Of a stretch of 64,000 nt of DNA, positions 27,660-39,204 are shown piece after piece (the stretch's first letter is position 1; each line of letters opens with the position of its first letter). The notes below the pieces were generated by a model. It was given only the letters and a program-made list of their open reading frames with translations, was not told the DNA's origin and searched no databases. Source of the stretch: Heptranchias perlo (taxonomy: Eukaryota); the NCBI RefSeq assembly GCF_035084215.1, contig NW_027139264.1:372001-436000 (forward strand). Reading direction: 5' to 3'. The position numbers and the translations under genes are program-made.

Positions 27660-27779
27660 CTGGAGAGAGCATTTGTCGCATTTCTTGCCAGACTGTGTAT
27701 TGCAGGGGTTCCCTGAACACTCCCAAGTCCAGATCACTGCTCACCACACAGTCTGTCATTTCCTCTCTTTTCCTGGAAC
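27660..27779 (-). pseudogene. TRIM-type pre-PRY exon of the downstream B30.2 pseudogene
   Basis: TTCCTCAG| acceptor and CCAG|GTAAAC donor. Encodes ..DCVVSSDLDLGVFREPLQYTVWQEMRQMLSP, homologous to FRGPLLYAVWKEMKQIISP at 39205-39341. Confidence 0.88.
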
Positions 27780-27891
27780 CTGAGGAAATGGTTCATTAAC
27801 AGGTTTGTTTGAAATATTAAGCCGTGGGGGGTTGTAAAAATAAATAAACAGTGTGAGAATGTGGAAGACAAGGTTTAAAATTCACCCTCAC

Positions 27892-27913
27892 CTCCGCTTC
27901 AGTCCTTTAACTC
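27892..27913 (-). pseudogene. 22-nt micro-exon (counterpart of the 23-nt TRIM exon, 1 nt short)
   Basis: GCAG|GAGTTAAAGGACTGAAGCGGAG|GTGAGG. Compare GAACTGAAAAGATTGAGAGAAAG at 39434-39456. Confidence 0.75.
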
Positions 27914-28002
27914 CTGCGTACAATTAGAAACACAACACATAACGATTAGTAAACACGTTTACTGCACATAATCTGCCTTTTGCATTGAAGCGAAAATCAC
28001 AC

Positions 28003-28239
28003 CTCCCCCGAAGGCCATGGATAAAGACATCGCCATGCTGACCTGGTGGGCTCGGCTTTCTGCTCACTCAGCTCTTCACTCCCAAGGCAACAATCGGGCT
28101 CAGTGCCCTGGACTGTAGAGAAGCTGTTTACAGGAGGAGGATCAGCTGTGATATCTTCTACAGTCGAATAGCCGACTGATTCTCTCATACAAAAACTGGC
28201 CACCTGCATCAAAGTACTGGAGGGCTGCCCACAGCTGAA
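28003..28239 (-). pseudogene. putative 237-nt S/P/E-rich linker exon
   Basis: GCTAAC branch-like motif, TTGCAG| acceptor and GAG|GTGTGA donor. Open frame FSCGQPSS...PSGE (ORF 27997..28245). Unique non-repeat sequence ~90 nt upstream of the micro-exon. Confidence 0.5.
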
Positions 28240-28389
28240 CTGCAATATGAGTTAGCACATTATCAAAGGGAGGGAGAAGATGAAGCTAATTATACAAACA
28301 GACATGTTTGTTTTATTGTAGAAACTCAGGGGTTGAAATTGGTCTGGGGCAGGATCGTAAATTGACAGGATCGTAAAGCAGGCAGGATT

Positions 28390-30070
28390 ATTTAAAAAAA
28401 TTCATTCATGGGATGTGGGCGTCGCTGGCGAGGCCGGCATTTATTGCCCATCCCTAATTGCCCTTGAGAAGGTGGTGGTGAGCCGCCTTCTTGAACCGCT
28501 GCAGTCCGTGTGGTGACGGTTCTCCCACAGTGCTGTTAGGAAGGGAGTTCCAGGATTTTGACCCAGCGACGATGAAGGAACGGCGATATATTTCCAAGTC
28601 GGGATGGTGTGTGACTTGGAGGGGAACATGCAGGTGGTGTTGTTCCCATGCGCCTGCTGCTCTTGTCCTTCGAGGTGGTAGAGGTTGCGGGTTTGGGAGG
28701 TGCTGTCGAAGAAGCCTTGGAGAGTTGCTGCAGTGCATCCTGTGGATGGTACACACTGCAGCCACAGTGCGCTGGTGGTGAAGGGAGTGAATGTTTAGGG
28801 TGGTGGATGGGGTACAAATTAAGCGGGCTGCTTTGTCCTGGATGGTGTTGAGCTTCTTGAGTGTTGTTGGAGCTGCACTCATCCAGGCAAGTGGAGAGTA
28901 TTCCATCACACTCCTGACTTGTGCTTTGTAGATGGTGGAAAGGCTTTGGGGAGTCAGGAGATGAGTCAGTCACCGCAGAATACCCAGCCTCTGACCTGGT
29001 CTTGCAGCCACAGTATTTATATGGCTGATCCAGTTAAGTTTCTGGTCAATGGTGACCCCCAGGATGTTGATGGTGGGGGATTCGGCGATGGTAATGCCGT
29101 TGAATGTCAAGTGGAGGTGGTTAGATTCTCTCTTGTTGGAGATGGTCATTGCCTGGCACTTGTCTGGCACAAATGTTAGTTGCCACTTATGAGCTCAAGG
29201 CTGGATGTTGTCCAGGTCTTGCTGCATGTGGGCTCGGACTGCTTCATTATCTGACGGGTTGCGAATGGAACTGAACACTGTGCAATCATCAGTGAACATC
29301 CCCATTTCTGACCTTATGATGGAGGGAAGGTCATTGATGAAGCAGCTGAAGATGGTTGGGCCGAGGACACTGCCCTGAGGGACTCCTGCAGCAATGTCCT
29401 GGGGCTGAGATGATTGTCCTCCAACAACCACTACCATCTTCCTTTGTGCTAGGTATGATACCAGCCACTGGAGAGTTTTCCCCCTGATTCCCATTGACTT
29501 CAATTTTACTTGGGCTCCTTGGTGCCACACTCGGTCAAATGCTGCCTTGATGTCAAGGTCAGTCACTCTCACCTCACCTCTGGAATTCAGCTCTTTTGTC
29601 CATGTTTGGACGAAGGCTGTAATGAGGTCTGGAGCTGAGTGGTCCTGGCGGAACCCAAACTGATCATCGGTGAGCAGGTTATTGATGAATACGTGCTGCT
29701 TGATAGCACTGTCGATGACACCTTCCATCACTTTGCTGATGATTGAGAGTAGACTGATGGGGCGGTAATTGGCCGGATTGGATTTGTTCTGCTTTTTGTG
29801 GACAGGACATACCTGGGCAATTTTCCACATTGTCGGGTAGATGCCAGTGTTGTAGCTGTACTGGAACAGTTTGGCTCGAGGCACGGCTAGTTCTGGAGCA
29901 CAAGAGTTCAGCACTACAGCTGGGATGTTGTCGGGGCCAATAGCCTTTGCTGTATCCAGTGCACTCAGCCGTTTCTTGATATCACGTGGAGTGAATCGAA
30001 TTGGCTGAAGACTGGCTTCTGTGATGGTGGGGATATCAGGAGGAGGCCGAGATGGATCATCCACTCAGCA
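28390..30070 (-). mobile_element. 5'-truncated CR1/L2-group LINE, RT domain plus 3' end
   Basis: ORF 29195..30064 has NYRPISLLS, DIKAAFDRVWH, GVPQGSVLGP and FTDD. 3' end ...CCCACATCCCATGAATGAATTTT. Confidence 0.92.
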
Positions 30071-30071
30071 C

Positions 30072-30541
30072 GCCTGACTCGCACCAAGTCCCGTTCTCCC
30101 ATCACCCCCTGTGCTCACTGACCTACATTGGCTCCAGTCCACCAATGCCTTGATTTTAAAATTCTCATCCTTGTTTTCAAATCCTTCCATGACCTCGCCC
30201 CTCCATATCTCTGTAACCTCCTCCAGCCCTACAACCCTCTGAAATCTCTGTACTCCTCTGATTTTGGCCTTTTGTCCATCCCTGATTTCCTTTGCTCCAC
30301 CATTGCTGGCCGTGCCTTCAGCTACCTCGGCCCTAAGCTCTGGAATTCCCTTCCTAAAGCCCTTTGCCTCTCCACCTTTCTCTCCTCCTTTAAGACACTC
30401 GTTAAAACCGACCTCTGACCAAGCTTTTGGTCACCTATCCTAATATCTCTTTACGTGTCTCTGTGTCCAATTTTGTTTGATAATCGCTCGTGTGAAGCAC
30501 CTTGTGACGTTAAAGGCATTATATCAATGCAAGTTGTTGTT
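30072..30541 (+). mobile_element. L2 LINE 3' end
   Basis: FKILILVFKS..LAPPYL..GRAFSYLGPKLWNSLP; tail AATGCAAGTTGTTGTT. Confidence 0.88.
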
Positions 30542-30661
30542 ATAATTGGATTTAATTTCAATACTGTAATTAAAGTGATTTCCCCTAGTTAGACTTAATT
30601 AGATTATAATGAGGCTCCGTCCTGATTTCAATGCGAGGTTTTCCTCCCTCCACATTGTGAA

Positions 30662-30826
30662 GAGGACCCAATGATCCAGTTCTAGACAGGGACCCAACGA
30701 TCCAGTTCCAGACAGGTACCCCGTGATCCGGTTCGAGACAGGGACCCAACGATCCGGTTCTAGACAGGGTCCCAGTGATCTGGTTCGAGACAGGGACCCA
30801 CTGATTCGGTTCCAACCAGGGACGCC
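30662..30826. repeat. short ~26-bp tandem repeat (GACAGGGACCCAACGATCCRGTTCYA)n
   Basis: About six degenerate copies. Confidence 0.75.
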
Positions 30827-30949
30827 AGAAATGTTGGAAATATGTTATTATTAATGCTACCAAAGGGTTGTTAATCCTTCTTAATAATAATTTCCACCAT
30901 GATTCGGGCCCGAGTGTGACCGAAGATGCAAGCTTCGACACAAAAACAA

Positions 30950-31690
30950 TGTTCTAATACAGTTATATCAAATAAACAAGGACGGTACAACCTGTCCCTT
31001 GGAAGTTTCAAGCTGATCAGGCCTGGTATCGTAGGGTGTGTTGGCCTTCGTTGCCCCAGAAGCTGCTTCTAACTGTGGTGGGCCAGTGTCCCAGTTTATA
31101 CATCTTTCCGAAGCATAGTTGCTTCAGGTAGCTTAACGACGTTATCCCATGATGTCATCTGTCTCGAACGTCTCTTCCCCCCCACCCCAGGGTGCCCATT
31201 GTTCCAGACATCTTTCAGATATCCATCCCATGGTGTTAACTGTTGTCCATTCTATCTTATGGGGGTGGGCCATCCCCTTATCTTTCTGTGTATTTAATCT
31301 GTGCCCAGGTCCTGGGTCTTTGATTGTGCCTTGGAATGTTTTGTTATCTGTTCCTGACAATTTGGTCTTCAATGCGTCAGTTCACAGTTTTCTTGACTTT
31401 GCAATATTCCCAATCACTTTGCCTGATGTCAGGCATATCATTTCCTGTGGAGTGTTGGCTCCCTTTGTATTCTCACAGAGGCAAGGTCTGCCCACAGCCT
31501 CGCTTTTCAGACAAGCGCCTAAAGCTTTGCAGGATGGGATACGTGACTATGATTTGGTCTAGAAAGCGTCTTTCTTGCAGCCTCCTCCTGTGCTGTGACA
31601 CTATAAACAGTGGTGATGGGATGTTTTCCTTTAGCTTCTAGCAGCTTTAGTGTTCAAATTATTTGCAGAAATCTACAGGATGATTTCAGA
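30950..31690 (-). mobile_element. possible decayed LTR-retrotransposon gag fragment
   Basis: Degenerate zinc-knuckle-like segments on the minus strand (TGCTTCGGAAAGATGTATAAACTGGGACACTGG, ~31085-31120, and a second near 31190-31220). Confidence 0.35.
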
Positions 31691-31843
31691 AGCTTTGAGG
31701 GAGAAAGTAATCGAGGGATATCCTGATAGGGTAGAGGAAGTGAGGAGGGAGGAGGCTCGTGTGGAGCATAAACACCAGCCTGGACCCGACCACATAATAA
31801 AATAATACACCAATTGAATTTTAAAACCTATATATTATCTTAC

Positions 31844-31890
31844 CTTTGTTGTGCTGATTGTTAGAAAAGGTAAATGCTATTTATTTACAC
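31844..31890 (-). pseudogene. putative 47-nt exon of the PYD-like/B30.2 pseudogene
   Basis: Strong (CT)n-CACAG| acceptor and AAG|GTAAGA donor. Stops in all three frames. Confidence 0.5.
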
Positions 31891-32474
31891 CTGTGAGAGA
31901 GAGAGAGGAAGACAGGTGAGTCTTTCCTCATTCTAATTAGATTTATTGAATTTTAAAAGCAAACAAAGTCTGTTTGAGGGAAACAGCGAGGAAGGGAGGG
32001 AAGGGGAGAAGGGAAACAGGAAGAGTGGGGGGGGGGGGGGCCTGGGCTCTCTCTCCAACTGGTTTTGGGGGAGCAAATAAGGACGGAGGGGAGTGGGTGG
32101 AGGGTTCAGGGTGAGGTGAGTGTCAGTGAAGGGAGGGGGCACAGGAGGCAGAGGTTGAGTGGATAGTTCAAAGGGGAAGAGGTGGGGTTAGTTATGGGAG
32201 TGGGGGTGGTTGGAAGGGGAGGGGATTGTGGGAAGATAAAGGGTGAAGGATGTGATGGTGGAGGGACACAAGTGATTAGGGTGGAGATGGGAAGGGAACA
32301 GCTGAGGGCCATATTTTCCCTGTCGGCCCCACCTCAAATGCAATGGGCAGATGTTGCTGGCTCTTTCAGTCATCGCACTACGCCACCAACCACCTCCCAT
32401 CCAAAAGGAAAGGGAAGAAAGATAGAAGGAGAATCAGGAGAGAGAAGCAAAAAGAGGGGTTAATTTCGGTTTTA

Positions 32475-32760
32475 AAATTTTCAACCTTGTGTTCAAATCC
32501 CTCCATGGCCTCACCCCTCCCTATCACCTCCTCCAGCCCGACAACCCACCGAGAACTCTACACTCCTCCAATTGTGGCCTCTTGCGCATCCCCGATTTTA
32601 ATCGCTCCACCATTGGCGCCCATGCCTTCAACTGCCTAGGCCCTAAGCTCTGGAATTCCCTCCCTAAACCTCTCCACCGCTCTACCTCTCTCTCCTCCTT
32701 CAAGGAGCTCCTTAAAACCGACCTCTTTGAGGTATTGGTCACCTGTGCTGTTATCTCCTT
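32475..32760 (+). mobile_element. L2 LINE 3' fragment
   Basis: FKSLHGLTPPY..LLQP..GAHAFNCLGPKLWNSLP..SFKELLKT. Confidence 0.85.
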
Positions 32761-32764
32761 ATGT

Positions 32765-33745
32765 GGGATGACGGGTGAACGGGCAGCAGAGTTCTGGATG
32801 AGCTCAAGTATATTGAGGGTGGAAGGTGGGAGGTCCTCCAGGAGAGCATTGGAATAGTCAAGTCTGGAGGTAACAAAGGCATGAATGAGGGTTTCAGCAG
32901 CAGATGGGCTGAGGCAGGGACGGAGACGGGCGATGTTACGGAGCTAAAAGTAGGCGGTCTTGGTGATGGAGCGGATATGTGGTGAGAAGCTCATCTCAGG
33001 GTCAAATAGGACGCCAAGGTTGCGAACGGTCTGGTTCAGCCTCAGACAGTGGCCAGGGAGAGGGATGGAGTCGGGGGTCCAGGGAACGGAGTTTGTGGCG
33101 GAGACCGAAGACAATGACTTCTGTTTTCCCAATATTTAATTTGAGGACATTTCTGCTCATCCAATACTGGATGTCAGACAAGCAGCGTGACAAATCAGAG
33201 GCAGTGGAGGAGTTGAGAGGTGATGGGGAGGTCGAGCTGGGTGTCCTCAGTGTACATGTGGAATCTGATGATGTGTTTTCGGATGATGTCGCTGAGGCGC
33301 AGCATGTAGATGAGAGATGGGCGGGGTCCCAGGATAGATCCTTGGGGGACTCCAGAAGTAATGATGAGGAAGTGGGAAAGGAAACCATTGCAAGTTGAAT
33401 AGATAAGAATGGAACCAGATGAGGGCAATCCCATCCAACTGGACAACGAAGGAGAGGCATTGGAGGAGGATGGTGTGGTCAACCATGTCAAAGGATGCAG
33501 CAGTTTAAGAAGGATGAGGAGGGATAGTTTACCACGGTCACAGTCACATAGGATGTCATTTGTGACTCTGATAAGGGCCATTTCAGTACTGTGTCAGGGA
33601 CGGAAACCTGATTGGAGGGATTCAAACATGGAGTTGCGGGAAATGTGGGCTTGGATTTGGGAGACGACAACACGTTCAAGGACTTTGGAGAGGAAAGGGA
33701 GGTTGGAGATGGGGCGGTAATTTGCAAGGACAGAAGGTTCAAGGG
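32765..33745 (-). mobile_element. L2 LINE RT fragment (frameshifted)
   Basis: ALIRVTNDIL, GVPQGSILGP, FHMYTEDTQL, WMSRNVLKLNIGKTE, VRNLGVLFD. Confidence 0.9.
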
Positions 33746-34250
33746 TGGGTCAAGGAAGCCTTACTTCCTGTTGTCACATTTTTGTCACACTTTTGTGTCA
33801 ATGTTTTCCATGATATGGAACCTGCCTATGTAAACAGTCACGCTGTAATTTCACCCTCCCACCAGTGGGGGTGCTATAGTATCTCAGCCTGCAATACAAA
33901 GAAACTCCGAACTCCAAATAACTCGACTTCTCTGCTTCCCAAGTCCCCCTTGTTTTCCTCTTTAACTCCAAGTAATAATATCAAATCAAAGTCATTTATA
34001 AAAATAACAACCGAGTCTCTGATTTTAAAGAGGCTCTGAATTACAACTGCTCACCCAGATCTCATTATCCTCCACCCTCTAACCCTGCTTCACCTGAAGA
34101 TTACGTTTGGCCGTGACTCACCGTGTACAATACCACAGGATATCTGCCAGTGTATTATTAAATCACTCTACCTGTCATGTCCTCCCATTGAAACCTCTAA
34201 TGTAAACAGTTCCTACGGACTTCTGCCCTGCTAAATGTGTCCATACTCAC

Positions 34251-34442
34251 CCTGTGAAGTCTGTAGGTGACTCTGTAACACTGTGTCATGTTATCAGTGT
34301 GACCAATGTCTCTGCTCCAGTTCGAAGTCGTTTCAGGTCGGAGGTCGGATTTCCTGGAGGATTCTCCCGATTGGTTGACGTAACTTGAGCGTAAGATCAG
34401 TGGAAATTGTACAGAAGTTACGGCAGACGTTCAGGAGCAGCC
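34251..34442 (-). pseudogene. putative exon encoding the C-terminal half of a PYD-like death fold (disrupted)
   Basis: TTCCTCAG| acceptor and AGG|GTGAGT donor. Reads AAPERLP*LLYNFH*SYAQVT / (frameshift) GRILQEIR / SDLKRLR, resembling PYD helices 4-6. Confidence 0.5.
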
Positions 34443-34600
34443 CTGAGGAAATTCCCAGTGAGAGTCTCTGACTGGGGGTCAGGTCATTGAGTCCGGGGTG
34501 GGGGAGGGGGGTGAAATTGGCCTTGGGGGCAGTAGTGAACAATCGAGCAATAGTGAATCAGCTGCAGATATACATCCTGTCCAATTATCTTCACCATTGA

Positions 34601-35388
34601 CTGAGAGATGTGTCAGTCAGTTCCCTGTAACTCTATCCTGAGAGATGTGTCAGTCAGTTCCCTGTAACTCTATCCTGAGAGATGTGTCAGTCAGTTCCCT
34701 GTAACTCTATCCTGAGAGATGTGTCAGTCAGTTCCCTGTAACCCTATCCTGAGAGATGTGTCAGTCAGTTCCCTGTAACTCTATCCTGAGAGATGTGTCA
34801 GTCAGTTCCCTGTAACTCTATCCTGAGAGATGTGTCAGTCAGTTCCCTGTAACCCTATCCTGAGAGATGTGTCAGTCAGTTCCCTGTCACCCTATCCTGA
34901 GAGATGTGTCAGTCAGTTCCCTGTAACTCTATCCTGAGAGATGTGTCAGTCAGTTCCCTGTAACTCTATCCTGAGAGATGTGTCAGTCAGTTCCCTGTAA
35001 CTCTATCCTGAGAGATGTGTCAGTCAGTTCCCTGTAACTCTATCCTGAGAGATGTGTCAGTCAGTTCCCTGTAACTCTATCCTGAGAGATGTGTCAGTCA
35101 GTTCCCTGTAACCCTATTCTGAGAGATGTGTCAGTCAGTTCCCTGTAACTCTATCCTGAGAGATGTGTCAGTCAGTTCCCTGTAACTCTATCCTGAGAGA
35201 TGTGTCAGTCAGTTCCCTGTAAGCCTATCCTGAGAGATGTGTCAGTCAGTTCCCTGTAACTCTATCCTGAGAGATGTGTCAGTCAGTTCCCTGTAACTCT
35301 ATCCTGAGAGATGTGTCTGTTCCCTGTAACTCTATCCTGAGAGATGTGTCAGTCAGTTCCCTGTAACTCTATCCTGAGAGATGTGTCT
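34601..35388. repeat. 37-bp minisatellite (CTGAGAGATGTGTCAGTCAGTTCCCTGTAACTCTATC)n, ~21 highly homogeneous copies
   Basis: Period 37 (34601 vs 34638). Unrelated in sequence to satellites A and B. Confidence 0.95.
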
Positions 35389-35425
35389 GTTTCCTGTGGG
35401 GTCTGTCGCCTTGGTTGCTGCCCAC

Positions 35426-35599
35426 CTGGGAGAAGGTTCTCCGCAGATAAGAACCATGAGGAAGGCAAATGGAAACCTTCTCAGCTTCTCTTGCCTGGTG
35501 AGCAGTTCAAGAGCCTCCTGTGTGAGACTTGAGTTCGGAGCTGCCCTCGGGGCAGAACACCACAGACCGAAAGGGAATCATCCCGATTAATCCCCACTT
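35426..35599 (-). pseudogene. putative exon encoding the N-terminal half of a PYD-like death fold (disrupted)
   Basis: Long polypyrimidine tract with TTCAG| acceptor, ATG at 35581. Reads ..SELKSH / (frameshift) QEALELLTRQEKLRRFPFAFLMVLICGEPSPR, resembling PYD helices 1-2. Candidate donor CAG|GTGGGC. Confidence 0.52.
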
Positions 35600-36123
35600 C
35601 TGAATATTGATGACAGAAAAAAGTGCAGAAGAGGTAAAGGGAAAATAACAGTGCATCAAAAGCACTGCAGGGGGCAAAACTCCTTTGAGGAACCAATCCC
35701 TCGAAGGATGGCAATGCCCAGTTTACATGGTCGAGCAGCCACTGGGAAATCTCCGAACGTGGCACTTTCCCATCCCTTGAGAAATATTCAGGACTTTCGA
35801 GACTCTCACCCGTTTCTCAGGAGGACAAAGTGGCATCGAATGGAAGTCATGGTTAAAGATGTCGCTCAGCCAGAATCCGGTGGGGACCGGGTGTGAAAAG
35901 GATTGGCTCCCTGCCCGATTTGACCTGCGCTCGTTCACCCCACACGATGGGTCCCAGCCCATCGACCGGGAGCTCAGCTCTGTAATTTACTGGGAATGGA
36001 AACACATCAATGATGCCAGGCTGCCTGTGTCCAAATACAGTACATCAGGACCTTGACCGACCAGTTCAGCCCCTGCTCCTGTGATGGGTTCACTCTGCAC
36101 CTTTTCTGTTCCTTTTAAAACTC

Positions 36124-36129
36124 TTTATT
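36124..36129 (-). terminator. candidate AATAAA polyadenylation signal of the TRIM gene
   Basis: TTTATT on + strand, ~670 nt downstream of the TRIM stop codon. Confidence 0.35.
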
Positions 36130-36279
36130 TGTTGTGAAAGTCTTTGTGTGATTACAGTACAGCTTCCACATATTGTGATACATTACTCCCAATATACAAT
36201 GAGAGTCTAACAGCCTCTCTGGAATTCCAGTCTCTTATCCGTGGGAAAGCCTGCGGTAGAAAGCCACATCAGAGGACAA

Positions 36280-36763
36280 CTGGGGACAGAGCCCGGCAAT
36301 CGGGAAAGATCAGGGGTTGAAGGAAGGGAAAGTTGGACTGGCAATCGGGAGGGAGAGACGGAGAGATCGCGGGTTGAAAGGGGGTGGGATCAGGAGGGAG
36401 GAATTGGGGGGGAAGGGATTGGGGGGAAGGGAGCGGGAGAGAGGGATTGGGGGGAAGGGATCGGGAGGGAGAGACGGAGAGATCGCAGGTTGAAAGGGGG
36501 TGGGATCGGGAGGGAGGGATTGGGGGAAGGGATCGGGAGGGAGGAGGGATCGTGGGTTTGAAGTGGGGGAGGGGGTCGTACCGGTAATAATGAGATGTCT
36601 CACCTCTCGAGAGCGGGACACAGGCTCACCACGCAACCCGCCGCTGTAAAAATGGCGGCCGGCGTGTATGCAGCGGGTTCGGGTCGCGTTTTGCAATCTT
36701 ACATTTTTAACCCCCCCCACCCCGGCCCTCTCCCGCCCATCGTGGGGGTTTAATATTGCCCCC
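36280..36763. mobile_element. MITE-like element with purine-rich GATCGGG repeats
   Basis: Ends ...TAATATTGCCCCCA. Internal structure resembles 57471-58455. Confidence 0.45.
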
Positions 36764-36798
36764 ATTCTCTCTGTACTCTGACTCATCAGTTTAGGAAG

Positions 36799-37343
36799 CT
36801 ACAGTTTGAAATGACGCAGTTTGAGGGGAGCAGTATTTTTACCCTCATCGTGCGATCCAGGATAGAAATAAGGAAAGAGTTTCTCAGTGAATGTGTGAGT
36901 GAAAGTGTAGAGATTGGACATATCATCAGCATTGTAAAATGACACCTGTCCTCCCTCATAGTCCAGGTAAACTCCGATGGTCCTGAGTTTCACACTCAGG
37001 GTCAGTGGGACAAATGGGCTTTCAAGAGCTTCATATTCATTCCCATTACTCAGGAACACGGCCCAGTATCCACGTTTAGGCCCCAGTGATATCGTTCCCC
37101 TCCTGTTAACTGACTCTCTGGCCACACCCACGGCCCACTGAGTCTTGTCCCCGACCTCCACCTCCCAGTAATGTTTCCCTGATGTGAATCCCTGTGATCC
37201 CAGGACACAAGGACCTGAATCGAATCTCTCCGGGTTATCGGGAAGCTGTAATTCTCTGTCACCGAGTCTCACACTGGTCCAGTCCTCAGACAGGATGAGC
37301 GAACGATGAGCTGTGTTTGGGTCCAGGGTCAGTGAGGCTGGGA
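36799..37343 (-). CDS. TRIM exon 6: intact B30.2 (PRY/SPRY) domain
   Basis: TTTCCCCAG| acceptor. Reads (V)[80 protein letters not shown]. Confidence 0.93.
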
Positions 37344-37473
37344 CTGGGGAAATAAAAATGACATCATGTTAAATATTTTAGACAGAGGAAGGTGGACGGA
37401 CACAGGTTAATATCTGATATCTGGAAAACTGGGCTCGGCCCCCAGTCTATAATTTCTGTATCAGTAAATAGTG

Positions 37474-37742
37474 CAGACTGGGTACAGTGTGCAGTTCGAT
37501 ATATTCCTGGACTCCAGTGTGTTCAGTGAACAGATATTACAGACTGGGTACAGTGTACAGTTCGATATATTCCCAGACTCCAGTGTGTTCAGTGAACAGA
37601 TATTACAGACTGGGTACAGTGTACAGTTCGATATATTCCTGGACTCCAGTGTGTTCAGTGAACAGATATTACAGACTGGGTACAGTGTACAGTTCGATAT
37701 ATTCCTGGACTCCAGTGTGTACAGTGAACAGATATTACAGAC
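37474..37742. repeat. 66-bp tandem repeat, ~4 copies (intronic)
   Basis: 22-aa periodicity in ORF 37471..38664. Confidence 0.9.
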
Positions 37743-37765
37743 CAGGCAGAGGAAAACAGTCAGCC

Positions 37766-38977
37766 AGGGGTCTCAGTCTGATCACTGTCCAGTGGACCCT
37801 GGGTCAGAGGGGTCTCAGTCTGATCACTGTCCAGTGAACCCTGGGTCAGGGGGGTCTCAGTCTGATCACTGTCCAGTGGACCCTGGGTCAGAGGGGTCTC
37901 AGTCTGATCACTGTCCAGTGAACCCTGGGTCAGAGGGGTCTCAGTCTGATCACTGTCCAGTGGACCCTGGGTCAGGGGGGTCTCAGTCTGATCACTGTCC
38001 AGTGAACCCTGGGTCAGAGGGGTCTCAATCTGATCACTGTCCAGTGAACCCTGGGTCAGGGGGGTCTCAATCTGATCACTGTCCAGTGAACCCTGGGTCA
38101 GAGGGGTCTCAGTCTGATCACTGTCCAGTGGACCCTGGGTCCGAGGGGTCTCAGTCTGATCACTGTCCAGTGAACCCTGGGTCAGAGGGGTCTCAGTCTG
38201 ACCACTGTCCAGTGAACCCTGGGTCAGAGGGGTCTCAGTCTGATCACTGTCCAGTGAACCCTGGGTCAGAGGGGTCTCAGTCTGACCACTGTCCAGTGAA
38301 CCCTGGGTCAGGGGGGTCTCAGTCTGATCACTGTCCAGTGAACCCTGGGTCAGAGGGGTCTCAGTCTGATCACTGTCCAGTGAACCCTGGGTCAGAGGGG
38401 TCTCAGTCTGATCACTGTCCAGTGAACCCTGTGTCAGAGGGGTCTCAGTCTGATCATTGTCCAGTGAACCCTGGGTCAGAGGGGTCTCAGTCTGATCACT
38501 GTCCAGTGAACCCTGGGTCAGGGGGGTCTCAGTCTGATCACTGTCCAGTGAACCCTGGGTCAGGGGGGTCTCAGTCTGATCACTGTCCAGTGAACCCTGG
38601 GTCAGGGGGGTCTCAGTCTGATCACTGTCCAGTGAACCCTGGGTCAGGGGGGGTCTCAGTCTGATCACTGTCCAGTGAACCCTGGGTCAGAGGGGTCTCA
38701 GTCTGATCACTGTCCAGTGAACCCTGGGTCAGGGGGGTCTCAGTCTGATCACTGTCCAGTGAACCCTGGGTCAGAGGGGTCTCAGTCTGATCACTGTCCA
38801 GTGAACCCTGGGTCAGGGGGGTCTCAGTCTGATCACTGTCCAGTGAACCCTGGGTCAGGGGGGTCTCAGTCTGATCACTGTCCAGTGAACCCTGGGTCAG
38901 AGGGGTCTCAGTCTGATCACTGTCCAGTGAACCCTGGGTCAGGGGGGTCTCAGTCTGATCACTGTCCAGTGAACCCT
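37766..38977. repeat. 42-bp minisatellite (GGGTCTCAGTCTGATCACTGTCCAGTGAACCCTGGGTCAGRG)n, ~29 copies (intronic)
   Basis: Direct periodicity; 14-aa period in the ORFs. Confidence 0.95.
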
Positions 38978-39204
38978 ACTGGAAAGTGCGAGTGTCTGGA
39001 TTCAAATGAGAAAATGTTCTGATTCTGTCTCTACTTGAATCGCTCAATCTGAGGTCACACAAAAAGAACGGCCCCTTGAGTGAGGTACCAGAGACTGCTG
39101 CCCCAGTGATCGGTACACAACAACAGTCAGTACATTCAGGAGAGGGAGAAGAGAGCAGGAAACTCTACAGAAAGTTCACCCAAACCTGTGGAGTCGTTTC
39201 ATAC

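Noticed and set aside
22953-27799. Three overlapping 1400-1600-aa ORFs
   Set aside because: The 37-bp unit has no plus-strand stop codon, so all three frames stay open and cycle through the same peptide. The array is intronic to a minus-strand gene and has no domain content.
37471-39022. 397-aa and 302-aa repetitive ORFs (mucin-like appearance)
   Set aside because: They arise from 66-bp and 42-bp units (multiples of 3) inside TRIM intron 5, and there is a frameshift near 38650.
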